Assembly (NCBI GenBank): GCA_033764315.1
Contig: JANRJA010000092.1
Span: forward strand, 1-64,000
DNA from: Oculatellaceae cyanobacterium bins.114
Lineage (GTDB): Bacteria; Cyanobacteriota; Cyanobacteriia; Elainellales; Elainellaceae
Direction: 5' to 3'
Length of the DNA: 64,000 nt
Under the pieces are notes generated by a model. That model worked only from the letters and a program-made list of their open reading frames with translations, had not been told where the DNA came from and did not search any database. Positions 22,680 through 32,867 of the stretch are shown one piece after another (the stretch's first letter is position 1; each line of letters opens with the position of its first letter). The position numbers and the translations under genes were made by a program.

Positions 22680-23600
22680 TATTTGACAGTCTGTGCTTTC
22701 AGAATATCAATATTTTGTGGTTGAGGCTATTTTATTGAGGGCGATCGCTCTACCACACTTGACTATGTTGGAGAAATTGAGAAGTGAGCAAAGTCAGCAT
22801 GAACTGTCTGGGGGGTTATCCAGGATAGATCACCCCCTCCAAAAAAGGTCGAGAAAAAGAGACCGTTTAACTTTAACGAATCAGTGGTGCGGAAGTTTAA
22901 ACCTTCTTCTTGAGCAACAGCGGTGCCATCAAACCACACCTACACCTGACCGTTATTCCTACCAGGCTCGTTTAAGGTAACTTGTTGCTCAATGTGGTGC
23001 CAAACTCCGGGTCTAAATTGCCAAGCCCCGCGATCGATCGATGTGCCATGATCCTGGCTAGTTGGCAGATAGGCGTAAATCTCACCCTGTCCGCCAGTTC
23101 GCCACATATATCGGGTAGAAAACCCATTAGATATTCTGCAATCTGTGGTGACAAGCCCTCCAACACAACCTGTTATCCTAGTGCTGACAACATCTCACCC
23201 TGCATTGCCCATTGTGATTTAGAATACAGAACTTCCATATCAGGATACGTAATCTACATTTAATTTAATTTTCTAGGCACTAACTCAAGTATTAATTCTC
23301 AGGTTTTATTGATTTAGAGCAATTTTATAGTTTGCTCATTATACGTATTGTTCCTGTTCATCTTCGTGCAGTAACGACAGTTGCTAAAGCTCACTGTTTG
23401 TTGGGTCAACTATTGATTTTGAGTTGTTGAATTGTACTTTTTGGGACGCAGCGTAGTAGCTGCTCTTTTTCCCATTGAGGTCTATTTTTGCGTTCAAGTT
23501 TCTTCTAATTTGCAGTATGCGGTGGGTTAGGCAGAGATGCTGCCTTGTTTATGCTGCAAGCTTTTAGCTGTTTTCTATGTTGATTGCAAAGAGGTAAGTA

Positions 23601-24824
23601 ATGACTGAGTTACGAGCAAAGAGTCTCCGTCGGCAGCGGAGAGCCAATTGGCAGTGGATGATGCTCTCTGTATTGGGTGCATTACTTATGGTCGGTGTGT
23701 GGGGAGTGCGATCGCTAGCCCAGGGACCCGTTCCCTCTAATAGTGGAGGAGAATCTTATGTCTTACTGGCGACCCCTGAAACGACTCATTTAGGATTTTT
23801 TAGTGCAGATCTGCCTCCCGTGTTGAGGGTTAACTCTGGTGATACGGTGACGTTTTCAACGTTCCCCAATGTGGGTGAAGAGGCTCGTCCGGGGCGATCG
23901 ATCGCAGAGTTAGTTGCCTCTGCGGATGCACTGGCACGCGAAAGAAACTTGATTGGCCCTCACTCTTTAACGGGGCCTGTCTACGTTGAAGGAGCACTCC
24001 CAGGGGATGTTTTAGAAATTAAGGTGCTCGATGTTGTGCCCTCTATTTATGCGGGGCAGATCGTGTTTCCCGGTGAGCGGCGGTTGGGGCTGTTGCCAGA
24101 AGAGTTTCCACAAGGCACGATCAGTCACCTTTATGTGGATATAGCCAACGAGACAACTCAATTTGCCGACAATGTCACCTTGCCAGTTAAACCCTTTATG
24201 GGCATTATGGGCGTGGCTCCTCCCAAAGATTTTGCGGCAAGCAACTCTGAAGCAGGAGGTGCATGGACGGCTCGCCCTGAGCGAATTGATGACTATGGTG
24301 GAGTGCGCAGAGTCTCTAGTGTGCCCCCTGATCTGTGGGGTGGCAATATGGACAACAAAGAGCTTGTTGCTGGATCGTCTCTGTTTGTCCCGGTGTTTAA
24401 TCCTGGTGGGTTATTTTCAACGGGAGATGGTCATGTCAATCAAGCCAACGGAGAAGTTGGGTTGACGGCTTCTGAAACGGCAATGCGGAGTGTGACGGTT
24501 CAGTTTATTGTGCACAAAGATCTGGATTTGATTCGTCCGGTGGTCGAAACTCCAACTCACTTTATGACAATGGGTTTTGATCCAGATGTTGATAAAGCTA
24601 TGAAAACAGCAACGCGAGATATGCTCGATTTGCTCACTAAAACAGCGGGGTTGACTCGTTTACAAGCTTATTCGTTGTCAAGTCTGGCAATGGATCTGAA
24701 CATCACACAGGTGGTTGATATTAACCGAGGAGTTCATGCGCTGGTTCCTAAATCTATCTTTAGTGAATACACTCCCATTGCAGAACTCAAAGGCATGATT
24801 CAAACCGATCGCCCAGCCGCATAA
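23601..24824 (+). CDS. Acetamidase/formamidase family protein with N-terminal signal or anchor
   Basis: HSLTGPVYVEGA.PGD, GGNMD, GDGH..Q.NGEV. Confidence 0.85.
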   Translation: MTELRAKSLRRQRRANWQWMMLSVLGALLMVGVWGVRSLAQGPVPSNSGGESYVLLATPETTHLGFFSADLPPVLRVNSGDTVTFSTFPNVGEEARPGRSIAELVASADALARERNLIGPHSLTGPVYVEGALPGDVLEIKVLDVVPSIYAGQIVFPGERRLGLLPEEFPQGTISHLYVDIANETTQFADNVTLPVKPFMGIMGVAPPKDFAASNSEAGGAWTARPERIDDYGGVRRVSSVPPDLWGGNMDNKELVAGSSLFVPVFNPGGLFSTGDGHVNQANGEVGLTASETAMRSVTVQFIVHKDLDLIRPVVETPTHFMTMGFDPDVDKAMKTATRDMLDLLTKTAGLTRLQAYSLSSLAMDLNITQVVDINRGVHALVPKSIFSEYTPIAELKGMIQTDRPAA

Positions 24825-25029
24825 TCAAGGGCCTTGCCTTGCATCCAGTCCTTGCACCCAGTCCTTGCATCCAGTATTTAGCAGTTTACTCTTGTAGCGT
24901 TCGGCGCAGGCTCACGCCGAAGTCTGTAACTTGAGTCGCCAATGCTGGCTAAATATAGGCTCTAAGACACTCTCTAAAAACATTCATCGTTCAGTTAATC
25001 GCTTCAGACATTCTTTAGGAGAGATTTTC

Positions 25030-25839
25030 ATGAAGGCTTCGTTTCCCTATCTGGCTATTTCCGTTCCAGAGTTTTCGGTTCCCAATATCCGCTTGAGTGT
25101 TGTTGCCCTCGTCACGCTGATTGTCGGCACGTTGATGGCTGGGTTATTGTGGCTCTCCCCTGTGCAATTGTCGCTGCCAACTGGGTTTTTAAATCTGGAG
25201 TTGTTCAATGCTCAAGCGTTGCCTGCCTCTTATTACAAGGCGATGCAACTTCGGCAAAAGGGCGACTTAGTCCATGCGTTACAGCAATTAGAACAGGCCG
25301 CGATCGCCTCTCCCGAATCGGTTCCCGTGCTGTATGAGTTAGGTCGGGCTGAGTTTCAGCTCAGTCAAATTGATGATGCGATCGCCCACTATCGCACAGC
25401 CTTGGCACAAGATCCCGATCATGCTCCTTCAGCGTATGAACTGGGTGGAATGTTGGTCACATTAGGCCATTTAGATGAGGGAATTGCTCTACTGCAACAC
25501 TCGGTTGAGGTGACACCGACCGTTCTCGGCTATTATGATCTAGGGGTTGCTTTGGGGCGTAAGGGCGATCGCTCCGGTGAAATTGCGAGTCTACGTCAGG
25601 CGATCGCAATGGAACCTAATCATGCAGATGCCCATCTAAACTTAGGGTTGACCTACGCTCGCATGGAGAACATTCCATTGGCAAAACAACACCTACAACA
25701 AGCTAGAGAGTTATATCAGGCTCAAATTGAGGCTCTCGAGGATGCTCACTTGGGACGCAATAGCCTGGATGCGCAAATCATTGACCAGATGATGGTTGCT
25801 CTTGACTCTGGGTGTGGTGTTAAGTGTTGGCAGCGTTAA
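25030..25839 (+). CDS. Membrane-anchored TPR protein
   Basis: N-terminal hydrophobic segment and several TPR motifs; start uncertain. Confidence 0.8.
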   Translation: MKASFPYLAISVPEFSVPNIRLSVVALVTLIVGTLMAGLLWLSPVQLSLPTGFLNLELFNAQALPASYYKAMQLRQKGDLVHALQQLEQAAIASPESVPVLYELGRAEFQLSQIDDAIAHYRTALAQDPDHAPSAYELGGMLVTLGHLDEGIALLQHSVEVTPTVLGYYDLGVALGRKGDRSGEIASLRQAIAMEPNHADAHLNLGLTYARMENIPLAKQHLQQARELYQAQIEALEDAHLGRNSLDAQIIDQMMVALDSGCGVKCWQR

Positions 25840-25877
25840 TCACAAGCTCGTTGGCAAGTTCTTAATAGGTTGATTTC

Positions 25878-26573
25878 ATGGATCGTTGCGATTGTTCTAA
25901 CTGCGATGTTCTTCAAGGCAAACTCCCGATCGCTCAGGCATTGCCTGATGCGGCAGCTAAGATGCGGCTGTTGGGAATGGGGTTGCTGTTGACGGGTGGG
26001 TTCTCAGGGTTGGAGTGGGTCGCAGGCTGGTGGAGCAATAGCTTAACCCTTGTCACGGATGCAGGACATATGCTGTCTGATTGTCTAGCACTGGGGCTAT
26101 CGCTAGTCGCAACAGGGTTGGCTCAGCTTGCTGTTAACCACAAAGCTACGCTGGGCTATCAAAAAGCTGAACTGCTGGCAGCTTTGGCAAATGGCATCGG
26201 TCTGCTTGTCCTCGCCGTTTGGGTGCTATGGGAAGCGGTTAATCGTTTTCAGAGCAGCCATCAGCCTGTGGTCAGTGAAGTCATGGTCGTGACTGCGATC
26301 ATTGGCTTAGCGATGAACATCTTGGCAGCATCTCTACTCCATAATCACAGTCACCATGATCTAAACCTGCGGGGTGCCTTCTTACATGTTCTGGCGGATA
26401 CCGTGAGTTCAATAGGTGTGATTTTAGCAGCCGTGTTGATCTGGGTTTTCCACTGGAACTGGGCCGATGAAATCATCAGTCTGCTCATCGCTGGGGTCAT
26501 TAGTTTGGGAGCCTTTCCTCTGATTCGAGAGAGCCTCTCTGCTCTATGCAACACCCCAACGGCTAAGAGTTAA
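25878..26573 (+). CDS. Cation diffusion facilitator (Zn/Co/Cd), short form
   Basis: DAGHMLSD, HNHSHHDLNLRGAFLHVLAD. Confidence 0.85.
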   Translation: MDRCDCSNCDVLQGKLPIAQALPDAAAKMRLLGMGLLLTGGFSGLEWVAGWWSNSLTLVTDAGHMLSDCLALGLSLVATGLAQLAVNHKATLGYQKAELLAALANGIGLLVLAVWVLWEAVNRFQSSHQPVVSEVMVVTAIIGLAMNILAASLLHNHSHHDLNLRGAFLHVLADTVSSIGVILAAVLIWVFHWNWADEIISLLIAGVISLGAFPLIRESLSALCNTPTAKS

Positions 26574-27070
26574 GGGGACTCATCCTCTGGTAAGCGGCAA
26601 CGTCCTTCGAGGTCACAGGCAAGACGCTGTTGGCGATCGCGCACGATTGCCGCTAAATTTCCTCTTCCGGTCAAAGGCAAACGATAGTCTGCCCATAATT
26701 CATACGAGGCATTGGCAATAAACCCAATCACGGGCACTTTGGTAATGGCATAAACCCAACCCATGCCCAACACTTCATATACCTGTCGAAACACTTCCAC
26801 ATTTTTGATCACTCTGCCGTCTGGTAAAACCGCATGGATGCGTCCCATTGCCGTCTCAAAATCGACGCCCCCGTTGGCGTCAGCAGAATAATTCTCATCT
26901 GCAACATCCACAAATGCAACTAACCCACGACCTGCATCACGTCGCCTTAAAAAGTTGACCTCTCGCAGACACAGCGGACATGCCCCGTCATACAGCAGCT
27001 TGATTTTCCAGGTGGGAGTCGAGGCGGTTGGCTGAGAAGCCAGCGTTTGCGAATCGATATGAGCCTTCAT
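26570..27070 (-). CDS. DCC1-like thiol-disulfide oxidoreductase (DUF393)
   Basis: LLYDGACPLC (DxxCxxC). Confidence 0.88.
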   Translation of the reverse strand: MKAHIDSQTLASQPTASTPTWKIKLLYDGACPLCLREVNFLRRRDAGRGLVAFVDVADENYSADANGGVDFETAMGRIHAVLPDGRVIKNVEVFRQVYEVLGMGWVYAITKVPVIGFIANASYELWADYRLPLTGRGNLAAIVRDRQQRLACDLEGRCRLPEDESP

Positions 27071-27332
27071 AGTAATGGTTCAGACAGGGTTTAAGAGAGG
27101 GTTTGAAAGAAAGCCAAGATTTTAGACAAAATGCTACCTCTCTTGGTTAAGGGGCAGATATCTAATTGTGCAGATATCTAATTGTATCTAATTGTAAAGG
27201 GCAAATATCCAAATTAGGCGTTGCTGAGTAATTGCAGGAATTTCGTCAGGGCGTTTCGCGAAACGCTGCCGCTGTCATAGTCAATGAGTATGAACCCCAT
27301 CCGTGTCCAACAACACCTATTTCTTTAGGTCA

Positions 27333-27690
27333 TATAGCAGTCCTAAATCATTTGTGAAATTAGGAGGTTGTGAGAGTCGCACCCCTGAGGGGTGCGACTC
27401 TCACAACCCATTTAGGATTGCTATATCTTGCAGCACATTAACTACTTCGCAGAGATAGCAGTCTTAAATCATGGGTGAGATTGGGAAGTTGTAGGAAGCG
27501 CACCTGAATGGAGTGCACTTCTTACAACCCATTTGGGATTGCCATAGCAGTCCTATTTGATTCATGAAAAAGCTTAGGAGGTATGGTCACTTGTCAATCA
27601 TCCTTAGCTTTGAGTACCTATTACATACCAATAACCAACGATCAATAACCAATGACAGAGCAATTTTACAAATGATTTAGGACTGCTATA
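27333..27690. repeat. Three adjacent MITE-like repeats with TATAGC/GCTATA-type ends
   Basis: Units at 27333-27425, ~27455-27545 and ~27544-27690; first has a perfect 20-bp stem (27366-27408). Confidence 0.85.
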
Positions 27691-28021
27691 TTTGGGTATC
27701 AAAAAGAGGAGCCTTTACAAGTAAATCGTATAATTTCTTAACTATTTTTGCAATATATAACGTACCCCTTTAGGCAGGTGTTTATAGAGTTATAAGAATT
27801 TATCCTGAAGATCCTGGAGCAGTATTTGAATATCTTTGTTTAGTTCTCTGATTGTTTTTAATGAATTGTAAAAGCAATCACTGGGCTTGTCGTTGTATTT
27901 CATATTCTGCTTGGGTAGTGATTAGTAATTCTCCATAAAATAGCTCATAAACCAGGCTCAATTAACTGATGTCTAATGCTGGGAAACAACCAATCATAGG
28001 GGATGGGCTATTTAAGGAGTT

Positions 28022-29368
28022 GTGCTTACCTCAGTTGAGTTGTTATTGCCATCAATGTCATATTCACCATTTTTGAATCGATTTAATTTCAAACGACTTA
28101 GGCTGCGATCGCCCAGGCAACTAGGTTTAGCAATTATTTGTTTTCTAGGAACGGTGCTCATCAGTTGGTACGTCATGGCACAACAGCCTGTGACCCTACG
28201 CATGTTGATGCCTGCTCCCGATGTGCCTCCATTTCGATCATTAGTGGCAGCCTTTGAAAAACAAAATCCAGGTATTCGGGTTGAGCTTGTCGAAGGCCCC
28301 AATCAAAGCAATCTGGTAGAAGACCTCTACACTTCTGCCTTTTTATTGGGAGATTCGCCCTATGACCTGATCAATATGGATATTGTCTGGACTCCCAAAT
28401 TTGCAGCCGCCGGATGGCTGACAGATCTGACAGACAAAGTTAGCAATGAAGATTTAGCCAAATTTTCACCCCTTGATGTCGAGGGCGGACGGTATGAAGA
28501 TCGGCTTTATCGCATGCCCGTTCGCTCAGATGTGGGAGTGCTCTACTATCGCAAAGATCTGCTAGAACAGGCAGGATTGCAACCTCCTGAAACGTTTGAC
28601 GACTTGATGCAAGCTTCTAAGCAATTGCAAGAGAGTGGGGCAGTTCCCTGGGGCTATGTCTGGCAGGGGCGGCAATATGAGGGAGTAGTTGCCATGTTTG
28701 TCGAAGTGCTCCAAGGGTTTAACGGTTTTTGGGTCAACCCTGACACCTTAGAAGTAGGACTCGATCGCCCTGAAACCTTGGAAGCCATTAATTTTTTGCG
28801 AAATACCGTGCAAGAAGGGGTGTCTCCTCCAGGGGTGACGACCTATCAAGAAGAGGACACACGGCGGTTTTTTCAAAGTGGTCAAGCGGCTTTTTTACGG
28901 AATTGGCCTTATGCTTGGTCTCTCGCGAATGCAGAAGACTCTCAAATTCGGGGCAAGGTTGGTATTCAACCAATGGTTCACGCTCCCAATGCTGAATCGG
29001 GGGAGTGTTTTGGGGGTTGGGGAATTGGGATTTCCAAAACAACACCTCACCCTGAAGAAGCTTTAAAGGCAGTGCAATTCTTCTCAAGCTATGAACCTCA
29101 GCGCGATTTAATTTTGCAAGAAGGCTACTTACCTAGCATCAAATCATTATTTACTGACGCTCAGGTGGTTGCTGAATACAGCCATTTTCCCGTTTTGCAA
29201 GAGGTGGCGACGAATGCCGTTCTGCGTCCCCCGATCGCCCAATATGCTCAAGCATCTGATATTTTGCAACGCTATTTAAGTGCAGCCCTAACGAATCGCA
29301 TGACCCCTGAAGACGCCATGCGATCGGCTGCCGCAGAGACACAACGGTTATTAGACGCGAGGGGTTAG
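28022..29368 (+). CDS. Sugar ABC transporter substrate-binding protein
   Basis: MDIVWT, LYYRKDLL, YEG, FLRNWPYAW; start uncertain. Confidence 0.9.
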   Translation: MLTSVELLLPSMSYSPFLNRFNFKRLRLRSPRQLGLAIICFLGTVLISWYVMAQQPVTLRMLMPAPDVPPFRSLVAAFEKQNPGIRVELVEGPNQSNLVEDLYTSAFLLGDSPYDLINMDIVWTPKFAAAGWLTDLTDKVSNEDLAKFSPLDVEGGRYEDRLYRMPVRSDVGVLYYRKDLLEQAGLQPPETFDDLMQASKQLQESGAVPWGYVWQGRQYEGVVAMFVEVLQGFNGFWVNPDTLEVGLDRPETLEAINFLRNTVQEGVSPPGVTTYQEEDTRRFFQSGQAAFLRNWPYAWSLANAEDSQIRGKVGIQPMVHAPNAESGECFGGWGIGISKTTPHPEEALKAVQFFSSYEPQRDLILQEGYLPSIKSLFTDAQVVAEYSHFPVLQEVATNAVLRPPIAQYAQASDILQRYLSAALTNRMTPEDAMRSAAAETQRLLDARG

Positions 29369-29379
29369 AGAGCTGAGAT

Positions 29380-30291
29380 ATGGTGAAAATGGATGCGATT
29401 CAAGCAAGAGATCAACGCACCGCCTGGACTCTCATGACTCCAGCATTGTTACTGTTGCTGTTTGTGTTTGCTTACCCGATTTTGCGGGCGTTTTGGTTGA
29501 GCCTTTATGCTAAAAACCTGGGAACGCAGTTACAACCTGTTTTTGCAGGACTGGATAACTACGGACGGATGATTGGCGATGGTCGGTTTTGGCAAAGTTT
29601 TGGGACAACGGCTATCTTTACATCTGCATCGGTTGTGTTGGAATTATTGCTTGGGATGGGCATCGCGTTAGTGCTGCACCAAAAGTTTAAGGGGCGATCG
29701 CTAGTTCGCACAGCCGCATTGATTCCGTGGGCATTGCCAACCGCTCTAATTGGCTTAGCTTGGGCGTGGATTTTTAATGACCAGTTTGGCATCGTAAATG
29801 ACATCCTATTGCGATTAGGAATCATTAACACAGGGATCAACTGGCTCGGTGAGCCAACCTTAGCAATGGTAGCTGTTATTGTGGCAGATGTTTGGAAAAC
29901 AACTCCCTTCATTAGCATTCTGCTGCTTGCCGGACTGCAATCAATTCCCGATGACCTCTACGAAGCCCACGCGATCGACGGAGCAAATGCATGGCAAAGC
30001 TTTTGGCACATTACAATTCCTTTATTAATGCCCCAAATTCTAATTGCTGTGTTGTTCCGGTTTGCTCAAGCATTTGGCATCTTTGATTTGATCTCCGTCA
30101 TGACTGGAGGGGGGCCAGGTGGTGCAACTGAAGTGGTATCACTCTACATCTATTCAATGGTGATGCGCTATCTCGACTTTGGCTATGGAGCTGCGCTCGT
30201 CGTTGTCACCTTCCTGTTGTTAGTATTGGCCGTGGCGATCGCCAGTTTCCTACTCAACCGTCTGCGCCACCGTACCACTGGAGCAACGTAA
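29380..30291 (+). CDS. Sugar ABC transporter permease (MalF-like)
   Basis: Multiple TM segments; LYEAHAIDGA EAA motif. Confidence 0.92.
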   Translation: MVKMDAIQARDQRTAWTLMTPALLLLLFVFAYPILRAFWLSLYAKNLGTQLQPVFAGLDNYGRMIGDGRFWQSFGTTAIFTSASVVLELLLGMGIALVLHQKFKGRSLVRTAALIPWALPTALIGLAWAWIFNDQFGIVNDILLRLGIINTGINWLGEPTLAMVAVIVADVWKTTPFISILLLAGLQSIPDDLYEAHAIDGANAWQSFWHITIPLLMPQILIAVLFRFAQAFGIFDLISVMTGGGPGGATEVVSLYIYSMVMRYLDFGYGAALVVVTFLLLVLAVAIASFLLNRLRHRTTGAT

Positions 30292-30403
30292 AGTTAAGAA
30301 AGAAGAATAAAAAAAGAAGAATGGATTAACTTTTCTTCTTATCTTTTCTTTTTCTCTCTTCTTTTTTCTCTCTCTTCCCTCTTCTCTCTTCTTCTTTTTT
30401 TCT

Positions 30404-31297
30404 ATGACTACGCTTCAACAAGACCAAGTCTTAACGGCTCCCCATCCCCCCAGTCGAGAAACCAATTTTACTTGGCTACGACGACTGCTAATGGGATTAG
30501 CCATCCTAGCCGTCTTACTCATTAGTCTGGCACCAGTTCTTTGGCAACTCCTCACCTCATTTAAGGTGAATGAGGATATTTCTCAAGTACCGACCGTTTA
30601 TTTTCCAACTCGCCTGACACTTCAGCACTACACTGAGCTTTTTACTCGTCGTCCGTTTTTTCGATATATTCTGAATAGTGCTTTTGTCTCAATTGTCTCC
30701 ACTACAGTTTGTCTAGCGATTGGCACCCCAGCAGCGTACGCGTTAGCTCGGTTACGACCTGTTGGCGAAAAAATCATTCTTGCAGCCGTTTTAGTTGTTA
30801 CACTGTTTCCTGGAATTTTGCTGTTTTTAGGACTGCTAGAAATCATCCAAGCACTCCATCTAGGCAATAATTATTTAGCCTTAATCATTCCATATACAGC
30901 TATCAATTTGCCATTAACGATTCTCGTTTTAAGAAGTTTCTTTCAACAGTTACCCAAAGATTTAGAAGATTCTGCCAAAGTTGATGGCTACAACACCTGG
31001 CAAATGCTGACCAAAATTTTGTTGCCCATGACCGTGCCCGCTCTGGTGACAACCGGGATTTTGACATTCATCTTTGCGTGGAATGAATTCATTTTCGCGT
31101 TGACGTTCATTACTCGCGAGAATATGAAAACCATTCCAGTTGCAGCGGCTCAATTGGGGGGTGCGTCAGTGTTTGAGATTCCCTATGGACCTATCGCTGC
31201 CGCTACAGTTCTAGGAACACTACCACTCGTGTTGTTAGTCCTCTTCTTCCAACGCAAGATTGTTCAAGGGTTAACCGCTGGTGCTGTAAAGGGATAA
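30404..31297 (+). CDS. Sugar ABC transporter permease (MalG-like)
   Basis: LEDSAKVDG EAA motif, AWNEF. Confidence 0.92.
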   Translation: MTTLQQDQVLTAPHPPSRETNFTWLRRLLMGLAILAVLLISLAPVLWQLLTSFKVNEDISQVPTVYFPTRLTLQHYTELFTRRPFFRYILNSAFVSIVSTTVCLAIGTPAAYALARLRPVGEKIILAAVLVVTLFPGILLFLGLLEIIQALHLGNNYLALIIPYTAINLPLTILVLRSFFQQLPKDLEDSAKVDGYNTWQMLTKILLPMTVPALVTTGILTFIFAWNEFIFALTFITRENMKTIPVAAAQLGGASVFEIPYGPIAAATVLGTLPLVLLVLFFQRKIVQGLTAGAVKG

Positions 31298-31392
31298 GGG
31301 CTAAAAGTCAAAAAAACTCATGTTAGATCTTTTCTCTCTTTTCATTGTTCTCTCTTCTCTTTTCTATCTTTTTTCTTTCTCTCCTTACTATC

Positions 31393-32499
31393 ATGGCTAA
31401 ACTCGAACTTAAACACCTCAATAAAACCTTTGCTCCTAAAGTGGTTCCGGTTAAAGATGTCAGTTTAACCGTTGACAATGATGAATTTTTGACCCTATTG
31501 GGTCCATCAGGATGTGGTAAGTCAACGGTATTGCGCTTAATTGCTGGATTGGAGCAACCCACGCGGGGTCAAGTAATGATTAGCGATCGCGATGTCACCA
31601 ATCGTCGTCCGGGCGATCGCAACATTGCAATGGTATTCCAGAGCTATGCACTTTATCCTCATCTAACGGTATATGACAACCTATGTTCAGGATTGCGCCT
31701 CAAACACACCCCTGAAGGTGAAATTAAACAACGGGTTGCCGATGCATCGCGGGCATTAGATTTAGAGGGGCTAATGGATCGCAAACCCGGACAACTATCG
31801 GGTGGACAACGCCAGCGGGTCGCCTTAGGACGGGCATTAGTGCGTCGCCCTGATGTATTTTTGTTAGACGAGCCGTTGAGTAACTTAGATGCCTTATTAC
31901 GAGAAAAGGTGCGGGCAGAGTTGAAACAACTGTTTGAAACTCAAGGGGTGCCCGTAGTGTATGTCACTCACGATCAAACTGAGGCGATGACTCTCTCTAG
32001 CAAAGTTGCCGTGCTGAATAAAGGATGTGTGCAACAATTAGACACACCTCACCGCATTTATAATCGACCTGCCAATCTCTTTGTAGCTGGGTTTGTGGGT
32101 AGCCCTCAGATGAACTTGGTCACGGTACCCTGTGAAGGTCGCAATGCGATCTTAGGAGAGTTTCGTATTCCTTTGCCAAACAGCACTGTAACTCCACCGC
32201 GATCGATTATTTTGGGAATTCGTCCTGAGCATATTCAAATTGCTGAACCAGACAATCGCCAAACGATTCGAGGACGAGTTTTTTTAGTGGAAAACTTAGG
32301 GATGCACAACTTGGTTAGTGTGCGGGTAGAGGGCAGTCAAAACGAACCTATTGTACTCCGTGCTCTATTACCGCCCAGTGACGGTTGGCAAAATCAAATA
32401 TTGACATTAGCACTGTCTGCTGATGCGCTGCATTGGTTTGATGTTGATTCCGGTGAAGCAGTGTTTAGGGGCATCATGGAACGGGTAGCCATGCGATAA
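31393..32499 (+). CDS. Sugar ABC transporter ATP-binding protein (MalK-like)
   Basis: GPSGCGKS, LSGGQRQR, LLDEPLSNLD, VTHDQ. Confidence 0.93.
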   Translation: MAKLELKHLNKTFAPKVVPVKDVSLTVDNDEFLTLLGPSGCGKSTVLRLIAGLEQPTRGQVMISDRDVTNRRPGDRNIAMVFQSYALYPHLTVYDNLCSGLRLKHTPEGEIKQRVADASRALDLEGLMDRKPGQLSGGQRQRVALGRALVRRPDVFLLDEPLSNLDALLREKVRAELKQLFETQGVPVVYVTHDQTEAMTLSSKVAVLNKGCVQQLDTPHRIYNRPANLFVAGFVGSPQMNLVTVPCEGRNAILGEFRIPLPNSTVTPPRSIILGIRPEHIQIAEPDNRQTIRGRVFLVENLGMHNLVSVRVEGSQNEPIVLRALLPPSDGWQNQILTLALSADALHWFDVDSGEAVFRGIMERVAMR

Positions 32500-32565
32500 C
32501 CCAGCCCCAAAAATTTAATTGACTTCAGGAGGGTGGGCAATATCCATCCTCCAATTTTTTAGAAC

Positions 32566-32856
32566 ACTGATTTACCTCATATTTTTGAGCACTTTTATAG
32601 CCGTAGCCACATTCGATGGGGCGGAGGCAAGTCAGAAAGCTTTCCCAGCATCAGGATTTGAGCCATTGCCTTTGCCTTAAGCTTTCTGACCAAAGCTATA
32701 TACCACCGACCCTTCCCGTCAAGGCCAAGGACATGGGCTGGGCTTAGCCATTACCAAGCGCATATTGAGTCACATCACGGTAGCATTGCAGTTCAAAGTA
32801 CCTATGGCAAAGGGGCAACATTTATCATTTGTCTACCAATCAAATCTGTTGCTTAA
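32566..32856 (+). pseudogene. Histidine kinase HATPase_c C-terminal remnant, interrupted by a MITE and frameshifted
   Basis: DLPHIFEHFY | TTDPSRQGQGHGLGLAITKR / IESHHGSIAVQSTYGKGATFIICLP*. Confidence 0.8.
32596..32700. mobile_element. MITE-like insertion with TA target duplication
   Basis: TATAGC...GCTATA ends; removing it rejoins the kinase F-box reading frame. Confidence 0.75.
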
Positions 32857-32867
32857 ATCGGCCACCT

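Noticed and set aside
22693..23263. Overlapping short ORFs upstream of the TIR gene
   Set aside because: No recognisable motif; cannot distinguish a gene remnant from non-coding DNA
24837..24875. 12-bp tandem repeat CCTTGCA(T/C)CCAGT, three copies
   Set aside because: Short and isolated; no evidence of function
27333..27690. Repeat cluster as a possible CRISPR array
   Set aside because: Units are long, degenerate hairpins with no constant repeat/unique spacer periodicity, and there are no cas genes in the window
30292..30403. Purine and pyrimidine tracts inside the ABC operon (also 31325-31390)
   Set aside because: Low-complexity short tandem-like spacer; no specific function supportable
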